The notes beneath the pieces are model-generated. The model searched no databases. It saw only the letters and a list, made by a program, of their open reading frames with translations, and was not told where the DNA came from. A program made the translations under genes and the position numbers. 64,000 bases of DNA from Prorocentrum cordatum. Its lineage: Eukaryota. The stretch is from NCBI GenBank assembly GCA_963575745.1, contig CAUYUJ010000001.1, positions 930,001 through 994,000 of the forward strand, given 5' to 3'. Shown piece after piece: positions 38,001-48,375 of this stretch. The first letter of the stretch is position 1, and every line of letters starts with the position of its first letter.

Positions 38001-38600
38001 TGCAAATGAGAGTGAGGAGGATCTCTCTCTCTCTCTCTCTCGCTATTTCTGTTTCTCGATGGTCTGCGCGGCACCTGTCGCCGTTGCTGCGCTTTGTTGT
38101 CGGTAGGAAGGGATGGCGGAGGCACGTGATTCAGGTCGGGCTTGTTGGCAGGAGCAGCCGCCGCAGCTTGCTCTTTGCCTTTTGCCCTTCTCTTTGCCGC
38201 GAGGGAAATACTCTGCACCCTCCCCACCCCATATCTCCAATCTCGTAGCATCGCAGTTTCTGCGCGTAGTACTCTCCAGAAAGTTTGGCGTAGCACGCCG
38301 CACAGAGCCAAGATTGTGATGCACTTGAACCTGCCATGTTGGCAGAGCGATGCTGAGGAAAGATGTGGTCTTGTCAAGATGATGTCCGTCGTCGACAAGC
38401 GTGCAATGACGCGAGCTGTGGCACGGGTCGCACGCTGACGTTGGTGCCAAGCCGATCCGCTACGAAGCTTCTTCGTCGTGCTCTCGGCCATGGCCAGCCC
38501 TTCTCGGATGGGCCGGCGCGCTGTCTCTCTGGACAGGGTGCTGTATACGAAGACGAATGTACAGTAAGTTTGTGGAGCCTCAAAATGCTCGCGCCCCCGC
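32050..38600 (-). mobile_element. Heavily decayed LINE-type non-LTR retrotransposon: ORF1-like region, RNase H-like, AP endonuclease, RT-like
   Basis: Minus-strand order: WLCAAC...KLRCY and GKEKGK (~38310-38190); TDGS...AWA (36779-36735); HMPVH..INEHAD (~35650-35611); APE motifs GHAP (~34927), IDANA (~34816), RIDCV (~34620); weak RT-like remnants (FTDPRDLKSA ~33515, TKGSR ~33150). Many stops and frameshifts. Confidence 0.65.
35980..36465. repeat. (TTAGC)n followed by (TAGCA)n pentanucleotide satellite
   Basis: Direct reading; it interrupts the RNase H-like region of the minus-strand LINE. Confidence 0.97.
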
Positions 38601-39943
38601 CTCGTCGCCGCGCAGGCGGACACGGACGGACATTGAAAGGCTCCGGCATTCTGGCCCGGAGTTTTGAACGAGGAGGAGAAGCAGGAGGATCACGCAGTTG
38701 AGGAACCTCGGCCAGTGTTTTTTGTCGCGATCGTAGCCCTCTGCCCACCCAGACTCACACACACACACCACCAAGCTATTCATTTATCAAATACCCCCCA
38801 GACCTCCAAAGTCGAGAAAACAAGAGACGGAATCCTTGCCTGCCGTGGAGGACGTCGTCTGGCTCCACTAGCGTGAAGGAGCGACCCTGGATGAACAAGT
38901 GCAAACAGGGCCTACGATCGGGATATTGAGGGCAACTTTCTGAACAAGGCACGACGTCGCAGGCAGTATTTCTCCTCCTCCTACTCCTCCTCCTCTTCCT
39001 TGTCTGTCTAATCCTCCCCCGCGTATCTTCTCGTTTGCCCCATCCTCCTCGCCTTGCTATTTTCCCTCGCTCGCCCTTGTGCCCTGTATCGTAGCCTCCT
39101 CCGCCTCTTCCCCTCGTCCTCATGTTCTTGGTTGTTTTTACTTGTCCTTTGTGATCCCGAGATGCCGCCAGGATGATCCCACATGGACGCTGCCACGACC
39201 CCCTGGTGGCACCAGGGGGTCAAGATTACCCGTGGCCCCGAGATAACCGCAAGATGACCACACGCCCCCAAGACGATTCGACGAACCCATGACTCCAGTA
39301 GGGCAAATGACCCCGAGATAGCCCCAGAACCCCCCAGATACCCAAGGATGACCTCATTGCAATGCGAGGGGGCTCGGTGGAGCGGTGGAACGCCAGATAT
39401 GGTACCTAGTTCTCCTCTCTCCTTCTCCTCCTCCTCCTCCTCCTCCTCCTCCTCCTCCTCCTCCTCCTCCTCCTCCTCCTCCTCCTCTCCTCCTCCTCCT
39501 CCCTCCTCCTCCTCCTCCTCCTCCTCCTCCTCCTCCTCCCTCCTCCTCCTCCTCCTCCTCCTCCTCCTCCTCTCGCCGTACCTGTTTTATATCATGATCG
39601 TCTGTATCATCTCTGATCCCTTCTCCCTTTAGGTAACTTCTCTTTGCGCCACCAGGCATGTCAATATGGCGGTCCAGTCGATTCGTCCGATATCTGACTG
39701 ACGGTCCCAAAAGTTAGCAAACCGTTCTTACACAGATGGAGGGCGGGCAGTTTGAAAATGTGTTTTGCCCCAGCACCGCGCACAGTCGCGTTTAAATATT
39801 CCAGCAGATACGCGGATGGAAGGCGAATCATGTTCAAAATGCGGTTTTTAGTTTTTGGAGCCACACATTCGTCTCAAACGCTTCCGGCAGTCACAAGGAT
39901 CCAGGGCTTCTCGTCTTCGGAATCAGGCTAACGACCCGCAATC

Positions 39944-39968
39944 CCGCAGCCACTCACTTTGGCTGAAG
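39944..39968 (+). other. Degenerate relic spliced leader upstream of gene 2
   Basis: CCGCAGCCA[CTCA]CTTTGGCTGAAG against CCGTAGCCATTTTGGCTCAAG: 18/21 matches with a 4-nt insertion, about 70 nt upstream of the in-frame ATG at 40040. Confidence 0.55.
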
Positions 39969-40039
39969 GATCAAAGGGAGGCGGGAAGCATGCAGCGTGG
40001 CGCGCTGCGGCGGACGCGCGCGCGCGGCCAGCGGCGTCC

Positions 40040-41230
40040 ATGCTGATGCCGCGGGGGCCAACGGCCCCATCGGTGCTGGCAGCGCTCGCGGTCCTTCCAG
40101 TGCTGCGAGCAGCATCGAATGCAGGGGAAGCTGCCACGAACAGGAGCCAAGCAGCGGGGAGACACGCCTGCGAGCCAGCGATCGCCTGCCCACCTTTCAC
40201 GGTCCAGACGCCCGAGGGCGAGGTCTTCTTCATGGGCGCACAGGGTGGGGAGGTCCCCGGCGTCGTGTGCCCCGTGGGCACCGAGTACTCGGGGCCCGCG
40301 CTCGAGTGCGGCTGGGTGGGGAAGAGGTGCCTGCAGGGCCACGGGGAGGCCGGGGCCTCGCAGACCTGCTGGAACGTGTACAACTTGACTGAGCGTGGCG
40401 GGGGCCTGTCGTCCTGGCCTGCCTCTGCAGAGCCGGGGCTGGTGGACTCGCTCTGCATGCCCGCCAGGGGTTCGGGCCTCGCCGTCGAGCCTATCGCCCC
40501 CGAGGACTTGCGGTGCCGAAGTCGTACTTTCGTGGATTTGGATTTCGGCTCAGCAAGAGTGAGGCGAAATAGCCACGCGCAAGAGACTTGCTCAGCGGTG
40601 GGCCCCTGCTGCCAGTGGTCGCTGCGCTTCGAGGGCGTTGCCGCTGTCGAGAGAGGCCAGCGAGCGGTGGACTTGTTGGTGTGCAACTTGGAATCCGGGC
40701 CCCGTGCGCTTGCGACCGACGGCGTGGTGGGCTCCTCGGGTCGCGTCTCGGTGCGCAGAGGGGAGGATGCGGAGCTCCTGTTCCGATTCGTCGATCAGGC
40801 CACGGGGCAGCCCGAGGTCTTGGAGAAGGTGTTCTTGTCAGTCTTCGAGCTGGACGACGGGGCCGACGGCGGGCGGGACATGCAGGTCACAGCCAGCCCC
40901 CTGCAGGAGTTCTACGTGTCCCCCGGCAGCCGCCTGAGGACAGACCAGCTCGGACTCGGCACGTGGCGCTTCTCCCGTGACGCGTCGCGGGCACCCAGAG
41001 GCTCCGTCGCCGTCGAAGGGGGGGCTGCGAGGGCGATGTGGCAGGGCGTGCTTGATCGCTCCGTGGTGCTCGCATTCGCCGGGACCGCCGAGTTCACCCT
41101 GCTAGTGCACGGGGGGCCCGAAGAGCCCTGCGGGGACGCAGTCGAGGGCGACCAGTGCCACAAGTCGGTGGAGTGGGCCATGAAGGAGGGCCTCGCCGAT
41201 CATCCCGAGTGGTACCCGGGCCTGGGCCCG
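40040..41230 (+). CDS. Gene 2 exon 1: signal peptide, Cys-rich region, beta-rich extracellular domain and the first half of a small Cys/Trp module
   Basis: Long high-complexity ORF (part of 39959-41647). The N-terminus MLMPRGPTAPSVLAALAVLPVLRAASNA is hydrophobic. It contains LDFGSARV...LRFEGV...VDLLV...LLFRFVDQATGQPEVLEKVFLSVFELD and ends CGDAVEGDQCHKSVEWAMKEGLADHPEWYPGLGP. Codon usage changes abruptly after 41230. Confidence 0.85.
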
Positions 41231-41794
41231 GAGTTGGGGAAACCAATCGGTACCGACGCCGCCACTCTCCGGGCCTCTCCCGGGGTGCGTTCTGACCAGA
41301 ATTTCGAAGCGAATCCAACCGTGGCGACTAGGGCTTTCCAGGAGGCCCAGAAACGGGAAAACGAGCGAAGGGTAGCGGTATGGGTACACGCCGGTCGTCG
41401 AAAGTGGGTATTATTGGATTCCCAGTTCGCAAACTATTTCAAGCGCCTTCCTACTTCAAGAATCGAGATATGTTTGCTGCGTCGTGCTATTCTCTGGGAG
41501 GGCCTGAGCCCACTCTTCCGGAACCGCTTTCCTACTTCATGGTTTCACGTATTTCTTCCGACCGACGTGTGGGGGTACCAAGCAGTGGCGAAGCGCCCTG
41601 GCTTGCCTACATGCCCACCAAAGAATACTCTAAGCATTTGTCTCTGATGTAGCACATCGGGCGTACGTTCTAAGAACGCCGTTTTTGCTCTCAGAACATT
41701 CCTGGGTCCTCAGAGCATGTCGTGGTAGGCGGTAGAGAACTGCTGGGACGGGGCGGTCAGTCCCTGCGCAGTGGGCACCCCCCCCCCCTCTGAG
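41231..41794 (+). mobile_element. GA-AG intron composed of repeat family C
   Basis: Removing it joins WYPGLGP to ESPFSAFQAVLSASHDSEAACPPPC in frame. GGAGT is repeated at 41230-41234 and 41794-41798. The body is homologous to 19731-20225. Confidence 0.8.
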
Positions 41795-41973
41795 GAGTCG
41801 CCCTTCTCGGCGTTCCAGGCGGTCCTCAGCGCGAGCCACGACTCGGAGGCCGCCTGCCCCCCGCCGTGCGGGGAGCACGACCCCCTCTGGCTGCCCCTGG
41901 AGCCCCGGGGGGCAAAGGAGCAAGCGGCGCCGCCACCATTGGGGGTGCCACCTCCAGCGAGGAGGTCCACGAG
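41795..41973 (+). CDS. Gene 2 exon 2 (completes the Cys/Trp module); reading frame after CPPPC unresolved
   Basis: ESPFSAFQAVLSASHDSEAACPPPC completes the C-x8-C..V.WA..G...HPEWYPGL..S.F..FQ..L...CP.PC pattern, which I recall as a recurrent module in dinoflagellate secreted proteins. Confidence 0.7.
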
Positions 41974-42152
41974 GCCCCCCGAGAGATCTTGGCGCTGCAA
42001 GGTTTTCACCACGGGCGTGTTCGCCAGGTTTCGGGCCCTAGGACCCTCACAGGTCGATCCGGCCCGAAGGATGATGCAGAGAGATGGGGTCCGGAGCTGT
42101 GGAGATGTTTTTGTTTGCGATGTTGTAATTGCTTTGCAACGTCGGATCTCAG
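41974..42152 (+). mobile_element. Family B MITE forming a candidate GC-AG intron
   Basis: AG|GCCCCCCGAGAGATCTTGGCG ... CAACGTCGGATCTCAG|GGC; the terminal inverted repeat supplies the acceptor AG. Confidence 0.75.
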
Positions 42153-42470
42153 GGCCTCCCCGAGCTGGGCACAGGGGGCGTCCCGAGCGAGAGGGGGGCA
42201 CCACACCACCAGGGGTGACCCTTTTCCCAGACATCCGGCGCTCCGATTTTGTTCGGTTCGTGGACCACTGGAGGTCTGGACAACTTTCCTAGGGCCAGCT
42301 TTCAATCCTGAGTCGGCTTTTGACGGTCTTGGGGCCCGCTGAGGGCCCCCGGAAGCCGAACACAGCCCAAAGCCAGACGCTCCAACTTGTTAAGAGCCTC
42401 TGGTCCTGTGGGTTGGCTCCTCCGCTGGTGGTCCCTGGCAGGGGTGGTGTCGCTTTCCCCCTGCTCCCAG

Positions 42471-42603
42471 GAGTTCTCGGGCTGGTCCCTGCTCGCGCAG
42501 CTCGGCGCGGCGACCCCGGGCGCCGGGGGCGACCCGGGCGGGACGCCCTCGGCCGATCTCGTCGCCGGCTTCAGCGCCGCGCCGCGGCCGCGCGTGTCGC
42601 GCG
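42471..42603 (+). CDS. Gene 2 internal exon (EFSGWSLLAQLGAATPGAGGDPGGTPSADLVAGFSAAPRPRVSR)
   Basis: Pyrimidine-rich CCCAG|G acceptor, GC3-rich codons, and a GA donor at 42604 that is in phase with 44629. Confidence 0.55.
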
Positions 42604-42694
42604 GAGCAAGCGCGCGGTGAGATCTATACATGTCCATTGCCACTGGTCAGGCCAGTCCTGGGTCCAGGAGCGGCGTGACCACATGTATTTTTAC

Positions 42695-42737
<43 letters not shown>

Positions 42738-42759
42738 CATACATGCATGCATGCATGCA

Positions 42760-42791
<32 letters not shown>

Positions 42792-44628
42792 CACATATAC
42801 ACATATACACATACACAGTCATGTACATATGTGAATGTGCATTTACATCTACATATATTTATACACACACATATGGTCACATTTCTCTGCATGTGAAGAT
42901 GTATAGTGATAAGTGAATACATATATGTGGCAATACATGATTGTGTAGATATACATAGGTATGTATGGGCGCTGGCCGAAAGCACGGTCGATTGGAATCA
43001 CAGGGGACGCTGCGGTCGGCGTTTGGGGGAAAGCGGTTTTTCCGGACAGATCGGGGGACCTGGAAGGGGGCCCAAACCTTGCGAACAGCGCCGGCGTCGA
43101 GAACTTGAGCCCGCGCGCAAGTCTACCTCAAACGATCTTGCATTGCGGATTCTCATTGCTCTTCAAGGAGCTGGGCCTGGTTGTCGGCCCGGCCGGCTCG
43201 TGGCCGCCCGTCGCCGCCGTGCTTGGTCGCGAGTTTGTCAGTGTGAGGGTCGCACGAGCAGAGCAGCCGTTTCGCGTGAGATACCCCGCAAGCATTGAAA
43301 CCCGACATGTTCCAAGTTATCCTACCATGTTTCAAAAAGGAAATCTTCGTTCGAGACAGTATACAAGAAACGGCTTCGGAGTTCCATTTCAACTGCAATC
43401 GAAAGGTGCGCAACACCCTCCTGCTCCACATTCACACACACACATCGCAAGGCGTGGCAGCCCCACTCGCGTTGGACTGCGATTCCGCTGTAGCACCTCC
43501 TTCTCAACAGCCCCCTCGTGATCCTCATTATCCTCCTCTCCGTCCCCCTCTGCTTCTCAATCTCCTTTTTTCCCTCTGCCTCTCCATCGGCTCCAACTTC
43601 ACATTCCTCTTCTCGCCAATGACTTGAATTATTACGTGCTGTCGGTGTTTGTATGATCCTAGGCACGCAGGTGCCACTTGTACACGTGTGTATAAACACA
43701 CACCTCTGTATATGTATATACATACAAAATGTATAACATACATGCATGCATGCATGCATGCATGCATGCATGCATACATACATACCTTCATTCAAACGAA
43801 CATGCATACATACATGTGTCTAGATGTATATATCAGAGTGAGGGGCCGAACGGTCATTCATTGTCCCTGGGTGCGTGGCTGAATTGGGATTTCGTGCTGG
43901 GAATTATGCTTGTTGCGTTGTTGTTGTTGCTGTTGTTGTTGTTGTTTGCTGTCTTCGTCCCACCCGCGACCCACCCCGCGACCCACCCCGCGACCCACCC
44001 CGCGACCCACACCGCGACCCACCCTTCGACCCACCCCGCGACCCACCCCGCGACCCACCCCGCGACCCACCCGCGATCCACCCGCGACCCACCCGCGACC
44101 CACCCGCGACCCACCCCGCGACCCACCCTCAAGGGTGGAAAAAACACCCGGATCCGACAATTGACGTTTACTAAGCGGCCTCGGGCGTTTTGTAAGCAGC
44201 CTTGCCCGGTTCGATGCATTCCTTGTGTGTGTTTACTAAACGGCTTCGCTTGTCGGGGTGATTCCTATGGGTTGAAGTTTCTGCCCTCTACACCCGCGAC
44301 CCACCCGCAACCCACCAACGATCCACCCGCGACCCACCCGCGACCTACCCACATTGGTTTGACGAAAAATCGGCGCCTGCGGCGGGCTCTTTTGTGAAAC
44401 TTTGGCGCCTGCGGCGGGCTTCTCCAGAGTCTCGCAAACTGCCGACGTCCCCACCGCCCCCTCGCTCGAATCCGCATCTGCGGGGTGCTACGTATATTTA
44501 TGTTTATATATATATATATACATATGGACACCTCGCTGGCCAAGCCATGCAGGCCTCCGCACCGCTCCTGGTCCCAGGATGGGCCCAGCCAACAGCAGCG
44601 GACGCGTACGGACCTCGCCGCCCCCGAG
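42604..44628 (+). mobile_element. ~2-kb GA-AG intron bounded by family D inverted repeats, with nested simple repeats
   Basis: GGTCAGGCCAGTCCTGGGTCCAGGAGCGG (42645) is an inverted match to CCGCTCCTGGTCCCAGGATGGGCCCAGCC (44562-44590) and homologous to 18253-18280. GGAGC is repeated at 42603-42607 and 44628-44632. Confidence 0.65.
43960..44350. repeat. CCCACCCCGCGA 12-bp minisatellite element
   Basis: Direct reading. Confidence 0.95.
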
Positions 44629-44799
44629 GAGCGCGCGCGCGGGGAGCGCGGGCGGCCGCCGTGGCCAGCGGCTTTGCTCTCCTGGCCGCCAGCGGGCTGG
44701 CGCTCGCCTGGCGGCTGCGGCGGGGGCGGCACGGGCCGGCGGGCCGCGCGGGGGCGGCGGGCGCGGGCCCCGGCGAGGGCGAGGCGTTGGTCGTCTCAG
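44629..44799 (+). CDS. Gene 2 exon with a predicted transmembrane anchor
   Basis: AAAVASGFALLAASGLALAWRLRRGR is a hydrophobic helix followed by basic stop-transfer residues. The exon is in frame with the upstream exon and is followed by a family B element. Confidence 0.65.
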
Positions 44800-45354
44800 G
44801 CCCCGAGGTTCTGGCGTTGCAAGTGTTTGCGCAGCTGGGGACAGCACGAGCCAACCCCATCCCCGCCAGGACCCCCACGCCCGGCCTGGCGATATCCGGG
44901 GAGTCCTGGCTAAGGGTGGGGATGGTTTTTGCTGACTCCCGGGAAGCCCCAAAGAGCGCCCCCACCCCCAGCCAGGACCCCCTGGATCACCCCAGGTCGG
45001 GGGTGGGGAAGGGCAACTCAAGAGGGCTCTTGATCCTGGAACTTCGGAGGCCATGAGGGCCAACTTGATCACGAAGATGTTCTTCTCCGAGAGGTCCCTG
45101 TGAAGGCGTTTTGTTTCTCTTCTTCGAGAGTTCTTCGAGAGGCCCTTGATCAACCCAAGATTCCTGGAAGGGGTGGGGGTGGGTCGTGCTGTTCTCAAAC
45201 GTGCGTACGTACGTACGGGCGTTCTCGCCCAGCTTCGGGCCCCAGGGGGCCTCAACAGGTCGAGCCGACCCGAAGAATGGCGCAGAAAGATGGGGTCCTG
45301 GGCTCTGGTGGTGATGTTCTGCGATGTTGGAATTTCTGCAACGTCTGATCTGAG
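44800..45354 (+). mobile_element. Family B copy with an internal ~380-bp insertion; candidate GC-AG intron
   Basis: CAG|GCCCCGAGGTTCTGGCGTTGCAA ... GCAACGTCTGATCTGAG|GGC; 45230-45354 is collinear with 42030-42152. Confidence 0.7.
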
Positions 45355-45882
45355 GGCGCTTCAGAGGAGAAGCAGGAGATTGTTTTTTGTTTTCCCCTGG
45401 CGATGACGGGCGTGACTTGGGGAGAGAGGGGGGGGGAGGGAGGGGAGGGGGGGGCGAGGGGGGGATGGTTGCTTCACGATTCGCGCCGGCGCCGCCTGGG
45501 AATCGAATGCTGAATAATGGCTCATTCCAGACGGCGCTGGCCCGAATCGTGACGTCACCAGGGTGGGGAGGGGGCGGCGGGCGGGGCCGATCACTGGCGT
45601 CATCGCGAATAGTGCAAAAAAATTGCTCCACAACTGAGAACCCATCGTTTGGGGCGGGGGGGGTGACCCCTGGGCGGTGGTGCGCCCGAGCGTCATTCGG
45701 TACTGGACGACGCTCAGGCGTGCCACCGCCCAGGGTGGACCCCCCCCCCACCGCTGGGTTCACGGTGGCGTCGGTTTCTGTTTCGCCTCTGATTGTCACC
45801 GCGGACGGGCACTGAGTAGGGGCTTCCAATCGCAGCGGCGCGCTGCGCGTTGGGCCAGCGGGCGAGTCTTCGGGGAGGGATC

Positions 45883-46093
45883 AGGGGCAACCTAGGGGAG
45901 GGGATTGATGGGATCAGGGGGGGACGAATCGGCCAATCGCCCATTGATCGCCGATAGGGGCCCGATAGCCCACCCCGCTCAGGACCATGCTGATTCGCTG
46001 TCGGGCGACTATCGCCGATCCATCGGCGATGTATCGCCGATTGAAGCTCGACAGTTTCCCACCTGCGCTAGTCCCCCCCCCTACGTTGCCCCT
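45883..46093. mobile_element. MITE family E, copy 3
   Basis: TIR AGGGGCAACCTAGGGG ... CCCCTACGTTGCCCCT, with the shared internal sequence. Confidence 0.75.
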
Positions 46094-46569
46094 CGGATGG
46101 GGGCATGTGGGTGGGCTGGGCGAGACCTGTGGCGGGGTCTCTGGCTGCTATGCGTCTGCATGCATGCGTAATTCGTTGCGATCGCGGCAGCTCCATTGAA
46201 GCCGCGCAGTTCCCTCTGTCTCTCCTTCTGATTCTCCCTCCCTGTCGTTATCTATCACTCCCATGTCTCTGTCTGTATTCTGGATGGCTCCGTCTCTAGT
46301 GTCAGACGTGTTCCTTCCGACTCGGAGCTGTCAGCATGTATCCCCCATAGTGGGTAATGGCTTGAATGCTCCATGTCCTCAATCAGACCCCTCGCTCGCC
46401 TGAGATCAACGCATGACAGGCAGGGAGGTATCTCAACGACTGGCTGCCCAGATTGCTCTGCCATGCAGCCGTGACGCTCGACTGGCTGGCTAAAAAGCAC
46501 CCTGTCGGCAGGGTACCCTGAACACCATAGTCGGATACAACAGAAACCAGCGAATTGTACCGCACATGC

Positions 46570-47430
46570 AGGAGTCCATAGGGGAGACGATAAAGGCGAC
46601 CACACGGAGACCGTACAGTAAACTAGGAGCGAAGTCATACTGGATGCCAGACGGGATACCACACGGTAGACCAGGAGGCCATACGGGAGACCACACGTCA
46701 AACCATACGGGAGACCACACGGGGGACCATACGGGAGACCGTGGGCCATTGATTCGGTATCCAGGCGTGCTCATGCTCGACCCTAGAATTACATCTTGAA
46801 GGCATCAGACCTTAAACATCATATTTAAACATTGCAGAAAGCAGCAAGGCGTGCTTCGCAAAAAGGAGATCGTAAGTGAGAGCTTGCGGGAGACACTACG
46901 AGAGACCACAAGGAAAACCAGGAGAGGGATTGTAAGGGAGGCCATACGTGAAGCCATTAAGGAGACCACAAAGGATACCATCGGGGAGATCAGATGGGAG
47001 AACCGACAGGATACCAGACGGACCATACGCGAGATCATACGGGGCACCATGAGATAGACCGTGTGGGAGACAGTACGGTAGGCCATAAGAGAGACCCGGA
47101 GTGCACCCGGGAGACCATGTCGGGATTATAGAGACGGGGGCCAGTGCACACGGGGGTCAGCCAGAGCGCCGGATCTTGCAGGATCCTGCAGAGCCAGGGG
47201 TGCACCGACCTGGGCTCGGGTGCAGGATCCTGCAGGATCCTGCACGGCCTGACTGACCCGGGCTTGGATTGACCCGCGTCATTAGTTCCCAGACCATATA
47301 GGGACCATACAGAAGATCAACGGGAAGCCATTCGGGAGAGCAGACGGAATGCCACACGTGAGAACAGACGGGACAGCAGACGGGCAAACAGCACGGGAGA
47401 CCAGGCAGCAGACCATACGGGAGACCAGTG
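46570..47430. repeat. Degenerate GGAGACCATACG 12-bp repeats, with a small foldback at ~47154-47260
   Basis: Direct reading; GGGTCAGCCAG...CTGACTGACCC inverted ends surround GCAGGATCCTGC palindromes. Confidence 0.8.
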
Positions 47431-48139
47431 GCACGCACTGCGGCAGCTTCCGAGCCACCGACTCCGGATCTTGAGCCTGAGGAATGCTACACAGGAGTTC
47501 TGCAGTCAGCGGCAAGCTGTATAGGACCATAGCAGGCAAGTTGGTTAGGGCCAAAAAAAACATATACGACCCGAGTTGCAGTGATGAGGGGCTGATGTTT
47601 TTCAACATGGGGCTGTCCATTGTTTTCTTGGCAGTTTGCTGCCCGGCGTCTGGCTTCGTGGAACAGTGGAACAGCTTCACGGGTGGGCGGCCCCTCCTCC
47701 TCCGGAGGAGGAGTCCTCGCTGGACGTGCCCTCCTTTTCCACACGCGCCGTCGCGTCGCGCAACCTTTTTGCAGATCCGCATGCACAGCGGGGCGCTCTC
47801 GTGAAAGGCAGGCCTGTGGGGCGCTCGTCTTTCAAGGGGCTGCTTCCCGCAGCGAGGAGGGATGCACGCAGGGGTTCTCGTGGCAGAGGGCGGTCGGGAC
47901 GGGGAGGATGTCCCGTGCATCCTCGTGAGGGCATCCCGGGTCTGCTCCGGTCCTGCTCCTCCTCCTTCCCCGATCATGATATTGTTGTGCCTCCTGGGCT
48001 GCTGCACGAGAGCACCAGCCAGCGCGGACCCAAAAGATTGACGCCTTGCAATACATGCGGCGCAATCTAGGTGGTGCACTCAGTGTGGTGCAACCTAGGT
48101 GGCCCAATCCATGTGGTATAGTCTATGCGGCGCAAAGCA

Positions 48140-48375
48140 GTGCAAGCCATGCAAAGAATGCAAAGCAATGCACAGCAATGCAATGCGATTGTAAAGTAAC
48201 GCAGCGCTTTGCAATGTAACGCAATTAAAAGCAATGCAACGCAATGCAAATCAGTGGAAATCAACGCAACGCGAAGAAATTTAATGCAATGCGATGTAAG
48301 GCAATGCAACGCAATGCCAAGTAACGTAAAGCAACGCAAAGCAAAGCAACGCAATTCGACTACAATGCAAAGCAA
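48140..48375. repeat. Degenerate (GCAAT/GCAAC)n pentamer tract upstream of a family H terminus
   Basis: Direct reading. Confidence 0.85.

Noticed and set aside
39959..41647. 562-aa single-exon protein
   Set aside because: The part after 41230 is repeat family C, and splicing it out restores a conserved-looking module.
47470..47491. Minus-strand SL-like GTAGCATTCCTCAGGCTCAAG
   Set aside because: The match is gapped and weak, and no convincing ORF lies downstream.
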